Assembly: GCA_965153455.1 (NCBI GenBank) | Contig: OZ234493.1 | Location: 11,708,213-11,772,212, forward strand | Source: Sphagnum compactum | Taxonomy: Eukaryota | Length of the DNA: 64,000 bases | Reading direction: 5' to 3' | Shown: piece by piece, positions 37,604-49,582 of the stretch | Layout: each line of letters opens with the position of its first letter | Numbering within the stretch: the stretch's first letter is position 1 | Notes under the pieces: model-generated | What the model saw: the letters and a program-made list of their open reading frames with translations, nothing else | Told to the model about the DNA's origin: nothing | The model's database searches: none | Translations under genes and position numbers: made by a program

Positions 37604-39692
37604 ATGATAGGTCTCTTATGGTCCATCGGTGAGGGCATATTATGCAGTGTAACCAGGCCCTTGTGGCACCTTTTCTGGTTCTTGTGGCACTTGTATGTAT
37701 CAGTATGGAGCGCAGTCCTGAACTGGCTATCAATTATTTTGTGGAAACCTGCTGGCTATTGGCTACAGGACAAGAAAGAGGTGTGTTGGATTGTTTTTCT
37801 GTTCCTACAAGCCTTCTTTCAGAATGTGAGGATCTGAATTTTTAATTGCCTCCAATAGTAGGCAATTGTCTGACCAAAGACAATGTTGATTTCACAAACC
37901 AGTCATTACTCAGTACAAAATTTAGCAGCTTGTTATGAAGTAATATAGCTTTGCTTTGTGATAAGATCCTTATTTGAAATCTTGTAGCCGAAATTTTTAT
38001 GCAAGTTGGTAAGGTACTTATGTGATGCTTTCCAAGTTAGACCCATATTGCTTGCACTGCAGTTGGAGTTGCAGCTGCATGTCTTGCAAACAAATTATGA
38101 GGTCACAACGCTACAGAATGGTCAGCTCCAAAAAAAATTGGAGTCATACATGAGAGACCGCCGGCGCACCATTGGGGCCTTGGAGTCTGAGAAAGAGACA
38201 GCCATTGCCCTAAGAAACAGGGTACTTAACTTCCTTATTTGAATCTCCATGGTTGAATAGGTTGGTGCAGACATGACCATGGAGCCCAAAACTCAATCTG
38301 GCAAATCCAGGTCCTCTGTCAATGCACCAAAATCACAGGATACTTGACAGATACTCTTTGCTGGGACTCATCTTTACAGCAGTTATGGAGTGGTCTATTT
38401 CTTGATTTAATGATCTAGAGCTCCCATTGTGCAACATGTCATATTCCTGCATAGGATCAGATGTGCTGGGTTGTGGAACCCTAGATATCTGGTGTTCAAA
38501 CTTCACTTTGTGGGCTCTGGCTATCTGGCAAATCTTCCACTTCCAACCTGGTTTGTCATATGGTGGCATACATGTTCCCACAGGTGAAGGAACTAGAGCG
38601 GGAGAATCAACATTTGCTAGAGAATGAGAGGTACTTGAAGAGAGGATTTGCAGAGGCAACTGCAAAGGTTTTATTGGCAACAGCAACGTTGGATGCAGAA
38701 GGCAAACCTCTGGAATTAGCAAAGATAGATTTGCAATTGGATACCCAACTCGATGAGTTGCAATTTGAAGAGGGAGATGCAAATCTTGATACTGAAGACG
38801 AACTTTTGCAACTTGAGAAAAGAGGTCCAGATCTCACTTTGTTGCAGGCCAAAGATGTGGCATCAAATTCACCTCAAGGAAATTTGATTCAATGGGGATG
38901 CCTTCAGCCTGGTCACATGACACACTCATCGATTGACCATCCCAGGTCCTTGTTCAGAAGTGACTCAAAAGGGTTCAAAGATGTAGGCAGTCCATTGGTT
39001 GTGGAATCAGAACAGGAAGTGGCCTTTGCTTCAAGTGTATTCAGTGCCATGCTTTTGACCCTGGTGGCTGTGATTTCATGGGAAGCCAAGGTGTTCTTCT
39101 GTACCCTTCTCTTTGGCCTGAGTTAAATGCATGTGTGAATGAAGTGTGATTGTTAAAGAGATCACGAGTATGCATTTGAAGAAATGAATTTTTGTCATCT
39201 CCATGTGTTAGTATGTTGTTCCTAGTTAGAATTTAGGTTTTTGGGGTTGTATCCTTTCTCCTGGCCCAAGATACACTTTGTGCTTATTAGGATGTGACCT
39301 TATTTCTTCCCACTTTGGTCTTCTGCAAATATTTCTACTCTTGTATTTTTGATACAGTCGATATGAGCTCTTATTCCATTGTTTGATTGTTTCCTGCCCA
39401 GGATCCATGTGCACCACTGCAAAATGCACTCTTAATGGTGGTGGCTCTGTCACTGGCCAATGTGGTTAAATTCTTCACTAAAGTTGAGAGCAGGCAGGGA
39501 ATTTATGCAGTGGCCCTTATCAGTCTTAACTTTTTCATGCTTGGCACGCTGGCATACCCATCATTGCCATATGTAGGTCGCTTTGCATCTGTTGTCTTAT
39601 GGAGCATTGGAGGCCGGACCTTGAAATTGTTTGGATTTGAATCCCTCAGGATGTCCAATTTGGAGCTTCAACAGAGTATTGAGAGGACTTGA
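37604..39692 (+). CDS. Uncharacterised coiled-coil plus C-terminal transmembrane protein (AT5G45310-like), ~377 aa
   Basis: Exons 37583(ATG 37604)-37780, 38063-38221, 38584-39090 and 39402-39692, all phase 0 GT-AG. Motifs LELQLHVLQ, EVAFASSVFSAMLLTLVAVISWEAK-DPCAPL, AVALISLNFFMLGTLAYPSLP recall the AT5G45310 family. Start codon uncertain; 5' UTR exons at about 35480-37151. Confidence 0.8.
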
Positions 39693-40760
39693 CTTGGGTT
39701 TTGTGCGCATCTTTGCCTCTGCTGTATCACTGTGTTTATCTGTTGTTCAATTAAAATGGAATGTATTTTACTGCACGTTTTCGGTTTCAGGGTGAGGTTC
39801 TCGGTTTCTATTTTCCCAGGAAGCTTTCAGTGTGTTATGGTTGGATTTGGTCAACATGGTGTGGAGTTTTAGGCCAAACTTGATTGTAATTAGGTTCCAG
39901 TACACAACAGGAATGAAGTGTGTGCCAACTGTGCATGCAGTGTCTGTATCTTTCATCTAATATCCTTGCTCAGACTTCTGCATGCAGACCTTGTGTGGAT
40001 AACATCAGCCTATGTGTTCATAGCAGCTTTCTTTTGAAGATATCAACAAGGGGGGTTCTTGGGGATAAAACTCCGAGCGAGAACAATATACAGGTATTCT
40101 ACTCTAACCAAAAACTGGACAAAATTGTAAGTTGCTGCTGAAGCTGTCATGGAATTGGGTAGATAAAACCTGGTGGCAAAAGCTCTGGTCCTTAAAGTAG
40201 AACGCGGTTCAAATTCTTGAACAATTTAAGTAAAAAGGTCTTCTTACAAACTATTTTCTCTTTCTTATATTTCCTTCTTCCACTGTCCTGCTGTGAAGTG
40301 GTAGATGCCTTCAAATTGCAAAACAGGTGAATTCTTTGAACTGAGTGTGCCCATCTCAACATCAACTTTTTTTTGCTTGCTTCATCAATTACTCTGGCAT
40401 AATGCCATAGGGTTCTTCTCCTGGGGGAAGATGCCTCAAAATACACACATAAATGGAAGTAGACTCAGTTACAGCCATAGTCCATAACTTCCATTCACAT
40501 GTCAAAAATCACTGTGCACGGGATAAAGAGAATGGGTCTCGATTTCTAACCCCAAACTCAAAATTGGTTGCACTAACCAGTTCAATGAACAAGTAGCAGG
40601 GTCAAGCCCACAAGACAGAAATATGTGCTGAAATTGTTTTAGTGAATTTGAACCCTTATGTTTTACACAGAAATTTTGAGTTCTTAGAAATTGCCGGGCA
40701 TTCCATTCTACAGAGGTATCTCCCCTTCTTCTAGCCAGGGTCTTCTGTTTGCTAGTGCTA

Positions 40761-40871
40761 GTGTTGAGATTCATCATAGAGTACACTAGCTTCAAGGGAC
40801 TTTGGTACCAAGGCAAGATGTAGTGTTGAGAGATTCATCATAGAGTATACTAGCTTCAAGGGACTTTGGTA
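40761..40871. repeat. ~62-bp tandem duplication
   Basis: GAGATTCATCATAGAGTA(C/T)ACTAGCTTCAAGGGACTTTGGTA occurs twice. Confidence 0.8.
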
Positions 40872-42069
40872 TTGATGCAGAGGGGTATAGTGTTGAGACT
40901 AGGTGAGATGATTCATCCTAATTTGTTTGTAAAAAGATTCACATTCATCTTTTGACATTATATCTTTTTTCTGCCCCCTCCTCAAATGTGCACCCGGCCC
41001 CAAGCAACTTTTAAACCCACAAAACTAAAGATGAAACTATTTCTCCAAAAAAGATTATGGAACCCACCATACACAAAAAATTCACGTAGGCAAAAAACCA
41101 AAGATTTTGGACTAAGAAAGGCTTAGCCAATGAAACTGAAACTGAAAAGATTTTGAACTCAGACCCTATACGTGCACCTAAGTCCCATGCCTTGATTCCA
41201 CCCATCCTCAATTAGGTTAATTCAAGAAAAAGTGAGAGCCTAAATGCATCCTGAGTTGTATTGGACATGATTTCTCACAGTGACTCCTAAATTCACTGAA
41301 ATTTGTCTCATAGAATTTTCTAGTATGCAATAAAATTATGTAGCAATAAAGTGCATAACTGGGAGGGCAACTACCGGTATGCTTAGAAAGTGAAGCTGTT
41401 CTCAATTAAAGTTCAGTTGAGGCCAAGTTGAGCATGTCAAAACAATTCAGGTTCGAATGGGACCACTCTCCACTGTCTCCTTTTCTACAAAAGTGGCTCA
41501 AGGTTTTAGGAGAACACTTTTCACTTTCTAAGTGGGGTGCCGGCGGCCGTTCTATTCTCGGCATCCGCTCACACCACCCCCGCTGAACTCCAAACCACGC
41601 TCTTCATGCCCTCGCCCCCGCCCCATGCTGTTGAAATTGAAAATCTCGAATCTCCTATTACCCTCCCCTCTCCTCCTCCTCCTGTCTCCCCTCCCTTCCT
41701 TTCTCTCTTTGTTGCAAATCAATTTTCTTCGCTGTTTCTTAGCAGGCAAAAAAAAACTTCCAAGAAACACACCAAAAAAATCTCAGGACACAAAACACAT
41801 GCTTGCTAGCCACGGCCTCTGTGACACAGAGAGACAGAGACAGGAAACTCGAGACCGGAAGCAACAATAAAGGAACGACGATGTGCGCCGGAAACACAGG
41901 AAGAGGGAAAACACGCACTCACCAGTTTCAGAGACGCTTTTAGGGTTAGGGTTAGGGTTACCGTGCTCGTTTCTTACTGCCTACTGTTTTTCGCGACTCT
42001 CCTCTTCTGTTGTTGCCGCCGTGTTTTTACATAGCGAAGTGCAATAAACGCGAGTGTTGCTGCATTTGG

Positions 42070-42165
42070 CTCTCAGGACCTGAGTTTCAGGACCTCGATA
42101 AACGGACACTGGGTTTCAGGACCTCGACAGACAGACGCACGCAACAAGTGACTTTATATATAAGA
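42070..42165 (-). mobile_element. Helitron-like 5' terminus
   Basis: Minus strand A|TCTTATATATAAAGTCACTTGTTGCGTGCGTCTGTCTGTCGAGGTCCTGAAAC...: A|TC start, TATATA(A) run and GTCTGTC microsatellite, as in Helitron 5' ends. Confidence 0.55.
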
Positions 42166-43600
42166 TGTGACAATGTGATTGAAAACATTCAAATACACAT
42201 GTCATTATGAGTTTTCTTTTGCTTTGAAATTTTGCAAAAATATGAAAAGAGAATATTTGATCATTATTTTTAAAGAAAAAAATGATTTACAGAAAGTTGA
42301 AAATCATGTTGAGACATTTCCCTATTGGTCTAATATCAATTTTTTAAATGTTTAGATAGGTTTTTAGAACATGTCATCATTTAATGTGAGATCCTTTTGG
42401 GTTCCTCATAACTAATGTGATATTAAAAAATGAAAAAAGAATCATGACAAATTTTCTTTTACAACAACATGATATTGTACATTAAAATAGAATTATTTTT
42501 TTTTCCTTAGTTATGACCAATTTATCATACAATATTGATTGTTGATATTAAATTAATGGCAAGGCCATTGTGTATAACACACCTTGTTCCTCACCTTGTT
42601 CCTCTTGAGATTCAGTTTGGCTCCTTGAACCTTGTTGTTGCACTAGTATGTGCAAAGTCAATGAGTGCGGTCTTAAATTTTCTATCCCTTTAGACATATG
42701 GACCTAGAGCTAGTACACCCGGGCACTAAGGATTTTTCTTGGTGAAGAAGATGGGAAGCTACCTAAGCTTAGCTTTTACAATTGCTTTGTTGGTCGTTTT
42801 TAGTTGTCAATTGCTATTAATAGTGCCCATTCTTGTATATGTGCAACAAAGTTGGTAGGTTATATTATAAAATGGCATTGCATCCATGCATACAACTATC
42901 ATTCATTTCAATACTCCCATTTTTGTTGATTGCACGCATGTAGCCTGGGGCATCCCAATTGCCTTCTTCACCTAGAGTTTGTAGAAATGATCTAATTGAT
43001 GACATTCCCAAGCATGATTGTATTACACTCTTTGCCATGTTTGACTTGGGTACCAACGCAATTCACCCCTTGAATGTCTTTAGAGGCATTTGGTGTTCAT
43101 TTGGCTAGTTTTTCCTTGTTCGCACCATGGTGCACACAAGTGGTAATAGTCATAATAACAAGGTGATATGTTGGCTTGTTCCTTGCCTACTAGTTGCACT
43201 TGTGACTTAGTGGAGTCCACAACTGAATTTTTGATAGATGGGAGGTGGTATGCATCCCACAAGTTGTTTCCCCAAGGACTCCAAATTGTTGTTGGAAGTC
43301 ATAAGGTCTTCATCAACAAGTTCGTACCCAAAAGAGTGCCTAGTGAAGGTTCATTTTCTTTGGAGCTTCTCCTGTCACTAATGGCAATTAGAACAACAAC
43401 TATTATTCACACTACAACACATCTTGAGTTTTGCGACGTGTTTTATAGCTTGAAGTATTTGTGACTTGGGTTTAACAATCAACCAATTCATTAAACATAG
43501 GTTTAGCATCCAATGTTTACAAGGAACACATTGAAATTTTTTTCACATAATAGACATGTGGAAGAATTGATGTCACATTGCCTAACTTGAATTGGTCAAT

Positions 43601-44420
43601 TGTCGCAACCCCACTTTGTCCAAGTGTGGGGGTGAAGCCCAACACTTGGAAAAGTTGGAGGTTTGGAGTCCTCCGGGACTCCCGAATGTTCAGAGCTCAA
43701 CAGCAAGGGGCAAAACACCTCGCATTGGGGTGTTCTTGGTGTCATTGGAAAGGTCTTGAAACGTAGATATCGAAAATGGCCTCGCATTGGCCATTTGGAC
43801 ATCTGCAGCCCAAGTTATGGGCAAAAGAAGAGCCGGGAATCAAATTGGCAGTTTGACTCCCGACCACTAAAAGTCGGGAATCGACCCTTTCCCGACGTCG
43901 CCTCAGGGAGTGTGACATGGCGTTGGAAAGATCTCGACGAGGGCTACAACTTTGGTTCAGATCTCGTCACGATCGGACTTCGGAATCGAGAGTTATGACC
44001 GTTCAAAGTCCTAGGAGTCCCGCTGGGACAATTTCGGGACTCCATTTCGGGAGTCCCAACAAAATGTGCCATTTGGATGTAGCCTCCGTGGTGAGCTGCA
44101 GAGATAACTATAAGGGGGAAGGTGGTGGCTTCCCCCAAGTCCGGGCCGTGGTGAGTCAAGTAGTCCAAAGTGCCCGTGGCTTGTCCCAACACCCAAGGGT
44201 GTTCCCGAATGTGAACTAACCCATTTGTGGTTGGCTTTGGATGCAGATTCGTGCTTGATCTACTAGTCCATCTTCCTAGTCTAATCCCGGGGCTTCCAAC
44301 TCGACCCTCTACCCCATTCTAGAGTTGGAAGTCGGGAGCGTGCCCTTCGGTCCCCATTTTCCGCCACTTCACATTGGTGAACCCTCAAGTGGGTTCACCC
44401 CGGGACCAAGGAGCGCGTCA
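43601..44420. mobile_element. Solo LTR (820 bp) of an LTR retrotransposon
   Basis: Starts TGTCGCAACC and ends GCGCGTCA. Perfect 5-bp TSD TCAAT at 43596-43600 and 44421-44425. No internal coding region. Confidence 0.9.
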
Positions 44421-47292
44421 TCAATAGAGACATGCCCTTTAGATTCTCCATGGGAGACATGATCATCTTAGCTTATTGGGAGGTTTTGATCCTCAATGGA
44501 GCTCAAAATGGTTCATAAGGATGGGGGTATGCATCCAACCCAATTTTCACCCCCATCATCTATGCCATTGCAAACTTTTTGAATTGCTTCCAAATGTTGA
44601 CACCCATAACCATACTACATATTTATCACTATATTGTTAACTTATTTCCTAATGGTTGGATCCTTGTCTCTAGTAGCAATACCCACCAATTCGATACCTT
44701 CACATGCATATTCCTTTTAGAGCTTCACATTGAAACTTTTTCATTGTCATATTTGGACTCAAGGTAAGCAACCATGGTAGAATTACGCATTAGTATCAAA
44801 TGTTGATATTTACTCATAAGCAGTAGCATCAAGGTTACACCATTTATTGGAAGATGACAATAAGTACCCAATTCATAATTGAAATATTAGCCTAGGTATA
44901 TAATGTTCATAGAGAAGGAGAATATGAAGATGTCAAGATGTCAAATAAACATAGGGTCCTTATTATAGACAATACAAAAGTATTGCCTTTTTTTTTTCCT
45001 TATTTGCCTTTGGCCTGATCCATTTTTTCTTCAAAAATGACGAATGATGCCCAAAGGGTGCAATTATGCTAATAGGAGCCAAAAGCAAGTGTAATCAGTG
45101 CTTAATTCTGTGTTTTTTACACCAAATGTTTTTTATAAAAAATTTAACTTGAAAATAATTTAATTTTTTTGCACATTATCAAATCTAATATCTTATTCTA
45201 TAAATGTCCAAAATATGACATTATTTCATTAACATTTGGACTTTCAAAAGTAGTGTAAAAAGACTTGTAACAATTACTTTTAAACTTTATAAGGACTTGT
45301 AAATGGACTTGAAAAACTTTGAAAATGATTTTTTTGGGCAAAATTTTAACACAAAAAACCTTAACAATAATACGAATTTTTAAAAAAAGTTTTAAAGATT
45401 TTTTTAAAGATTTTTTTTGAAAATATTTCAAGAATATTCCCCCAAAAGTAATCACCTAAAGGTGCATCAATGGTTCTTATTAACCCATTTCCACCCCATA
45501 CACATTTTGATGTTGCCCATTATAGACTTGTCTTGTTATGCACATTCTAGTTTTTTGATAAATACTATTATTATCATGTAATAGATTATAGGTGTATATT
45601 ATAGGCCCATAATGTACATAATAGGATCCAAAGTTTATAATGGGCAACATCAAAATGTGTCTAGGCATCTTTAGACATAACTTGGATAGAAAAATGGGAA
45701 AATAAAGGAAAAATAAGCAAGTAGTACTTTTATACTACTTGCAATAAAAATCCTTTGCTTATATAATGATTTCCTGTTATTTGTCCACCAACAGCTAAGG
45801 GCACCTTCCACAACAACATGAGACCTTTTTCTACAAAACAATTCACCCCAAGACACATCCAAGGTAGTGAAAACCACCTTCCTTTCATTGCTTTTGGTTT
45901 CATGGTGTTTTTTAATTAAAAAAAATCCCATGAATGTTGTGGAATGTTTTGTGTTAGCTATTGGGGGAGGGACAATAATTACTAAGGCTATTGTGGCCAA
46001 CGCATTAATGAGTGAACACCAACACTGTGTCCACTTTCACAGAGATTTGATGTCCATCCTTCCAACAAAATCATGACCACAAATTCATAGAATGTCTTTT
46101 TAATATTCTATTATTTCATAGTGTTAAAAAAATATTTTTTTATCTCATGTACTTCATAAAATGTACAAAAGAGTAACTTGTTTGAGATATTCTTACAACT
46201 TGGATTTTGGAAGACCTCAAATTGTGTTTTCTTTAATGAAAGTTTCATATGGTATGTCATTTGAGGCGAGCTTTAACATAGTAAAAAAAAGTGATCCATT
46301 GAAACTATATGTGATGAGTGTTCCATTCATGATGCATACTTACATGCATGGAAAAAGAATGTTGAATCTACAAATTTCAGAACTGGTTGTTTTCACAAAT
46401 GGATCTTTCTCAATTGTGGTCATTGTTCTTCCCAATGCAAGTTCGGCTCCTCCCAGTTATTACATGTTCTTCCCAATCCAAGTGGGAATATCAAGGCTAT
46501 TTATTTGGATCCAACTAGTGGTTAACAATTTGCAAGAATTTTTGAATTCAAAGTGAAACCAAATGAATTGGTGTGTGTGTGCGTGAACTTTGAAATGTAG
46601 GTTCCATTTGAGGACAAGGGGATTACCTTGATAAATGATTGAGAATATTGTTTTGTGAGATGTTAAACCAATAGGTGCCAATTAAACCCCTTTTTTTCTT
46701 CACACGTTGTTAAAAGGATAATCAATTACCTTAGTTGTGTAAAGGTTGAAACTTTATCATCATAGTTATCATCAATATTTTAAAAAAACACCTAGTGTTA
46801 TCTAAACACATGAAAAACCACAAGTTTTAGTTTTAAAATATTTCAAAATAATAGATTGTTACTTCCATTTTTTAATATTAACAAAATCAGGATTAGAGAA
46901 TTGCTAATTGTAGTGATTTCAAAAACCTCAAATAACCAATGAATTTCAACAAAACAACAATAAGGAATTCGTGGTTATGAAGGTGGTTATTTGGTTATTT
47001 GAATTTTGAGATCAATGGTTATACCAAAACCAATTTTTTGATTTTTCAAAGCATGTTATTATGAACCTTAAAAACTTCTTTGATAACTGTTTTGGTACAA
47101 TGTATTCCTATTTTTGATAACCACCCAAGATGAGAAAAAACTTCAACATTTGTGTCAATGTTTTGGGCAACAACAACAATTTATAGGGCACTTGCCATTC
47201 AAATTATGGCAAATTATGGCACTAATATTGCATATCTTTTTAATTCTATCACAAGTATTTTTTCATCATAATTTTGTTAATAATAAAGACAA

Positions 47293-47420
47293 TCCTATAT
47301 ATAAAAGCAAACTTGGTGTCTGTCCGTCTATGTGTCACAAGACGTTCTGCGTTTTAACATTACGCCGGAACCGGTTATATATTAAAGCAACAGTGTCTGT
47401 CTGTCTGTCTGTGTGGGCAG
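47293..47420 (+). mobile_element. Helitron-like 5' terminus with a second nested 5'-end-like motif
   Basis: A|TCCTATATATAAAAGCAAACTTGGTGTCTGTCCGTCTATGTGTCAC..., followed at ~47375 by TTATATATTAAAGCAACAGTGTCTGTCTGTCTG. Confidence 0.6.
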
Positions 47421-49408
47421 TGCCTGGAAGATTCTTCCAGTCACTGCCCGTTCCCTATGGAGTTCTTAACTGTCTCAATTTTTTGCCACCTGGAGTTTGC
47501 TTGCACTGGGAGGGGTCAGCAATAGTAAATTTGTTAGAAACAAAAAGTTTACACCAAATAAGTAGATTTTCATCTTATCCATTCTAAAGTCATAATTTCA
47601 AATATGAAAATTTATTAAAAATTACTAGGTTAGTTGTGTTATGGCTCTTGAAGAATTAATCAGAGTATAGGCCCAAAAATTAGGGGAGGTCGAAGGTGGT
47701 AAGCTTTTTTCAACAAAAAGGGTAGGATAATGCCCTAGGGTGTGCACATTCAAAATAAGAGGCTTGGATCTAGTTGATATTTAAGTTTGGCCCCACATTT
47801 TGCAAATGCCTCACATGTGAGTTTTACCCATTGTAAAGAACAAGGTGAAAACCATCACGACCATAAATATACATAGATCACAAGGCATAAAGGGAAAGCT
47901 TATTAGATCTTAGCAATGTCGGTTTAATATACAAAATCTTAATGGGTATGTATTTGAATATGCACCGAGGTATGTAAGACCGAAACTAATTGATATTGTT
48001 TAGTGAAAAACCTAAGACATATTTGAGTTCATTGTTTGCCTCCATTAATGTTACCATTGCATTTACCCATGCTCAGAGTTAGTTATATATATATATATAT
48101 ATATTCCTATGCATATATTGTGTGTGAAACTTTTTTGTGTTTTTGAATATGTATATGTCAAGTTTAGTAAACCTTTTCAAAATCATGGCTTTGTGTTAAT
48201 AAATTGGATGACTAGTCTTTCCCTTTTTTTTTATCACAACTTGTTTTCTCTCAATTGATTATTGTTTTTACCATTTTTAATTTTTACAAGTGTGTAATCA
48301 TTTAATGTGAAATTCGTTTTGAGATGCTTGTCACTTTTGCTCCATCACAAAATTGATGACCTTGAACCCATGTTGATAGATAACCATTTTGTCAATAACT
48401 AACCAACATTGTTGCAATGTGAATATTCGAACATATCTCACAAAAGCTAATATGAGTTTGTTAGTCTATTCATGTTCATAGTTGGGATCATTCAAAATAT
48501 GTTGTTTCTTATATAAACGCACTTAACTTGGCTACCTAACTTGAACCCATGTATAGAAACCTAGTGATTTTAAAAACTTTATTTGAATTTTTTTTTCCCC
48601 TAAATTTGGTTCAAAAAAATCATTTGCAACAAAAAATTTCAAAAAATTGGTAAGAGTGCAAAATTTCACACCAAAAAAAAAGGATATATGGGAAACAATG
48701 AACACATTATGTTAGATGTGGTAACCACTAGAAAAGGTCCAAGTAAAAGGGGTGGGGGTGGAGATGCTGTAACTTAGAGAATAGGTAACTGGGTAAATAG
48801 ATCATCATTTCAATTTACCGGGCTGGTAAATAACCAAGTCTCAAGTTATTTTAGAAGACGGGACGTCGTATCAAGATGTCGATATGGGGATCTGGAATTA
48901 GGGTTTGACGCTCACGGCTGCGTTTGCTCTACACCTTTGCGCGTAGCACAAAACCTGCTACTGGAGGCCTTGCTGCGATTGCTTCGCTTTTTTGGTGGTA
49001 TTTCGACCGCTACTGGAAGGCAAAGGAGGCGAAGAAGTCCATCTGGTGAGTGGATTTTCTTCATATATCCTTAACTGCAGATTGTGAATTTTTGTATGTT
49101 GGAAAGGGATGGTTTAAGCCAACTGAAAGGTTCCTTCTGGAATCGCAGATTGGCTCGTTGGTGTTCCAACTCTCGAAGCCTTGTGCTGTGCTGTGGTATT
49201 TTGGCTGGTGGGTGTTCCGACTCTCGACATCTTCGCTGTCGTATTTCAGCGGACACATAGCTATTCAATCGGTGGATCTGAGAAGTAGAAACGAAATAAA
49301 AAATTCAGTGTGGTGAAGGAGTTGCAATCAAGTGTTGCAAAGGAGTTGCAACAATCTGAGATAAAAAAAATTGTTGAGAAAAAGTTAAGGGAACGAAGGT
49401 AGAGCACC

Positions 49409-49582
49409 ATGTTTCTGGGAGGAATGCCTCGTCGTCCGGACAAAGCCGAGGCGCATAAAACGCTGAAGCAGCACCTTACTATATTAGGGTTGTGGATATG
49501 CGCCATCCGAGCGGCTCCCTTCATCTTCAGTCTCGTCACAAATAGGGGAGAGAAACTGGAGCTTGACTTTGATGATGATTAG
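49409..49582 (+). CDS. TOM6: Mitochondrial import receptor subunit TOM6 homolog (57 aa, single coding exon)
   Basis: MFLGGMPRRPDKAEAHKTLKQHLTILGLWICAIRAAPFIFSLVTNRGEKLELDFDDD*, matching the plant TOM6 pattern MF.G...R.PDKA.A.K.L..H....G.W...IRAAP. Probable 5'UTR intron donor near 49045 (CTG|GTGAGT). Confidence 0.92.
   Translation: MFLGGMPRRPDKAEAHKTLKQHLTILGLWICAIRAAPFIFSLVTNRGEKLELDFDDD

Noticed and set aside
43596-44219. Several ORFs of 60-110 aa
   Set aside because: They lie within the GC-richer solo LTR and have no gag/pol motifs.
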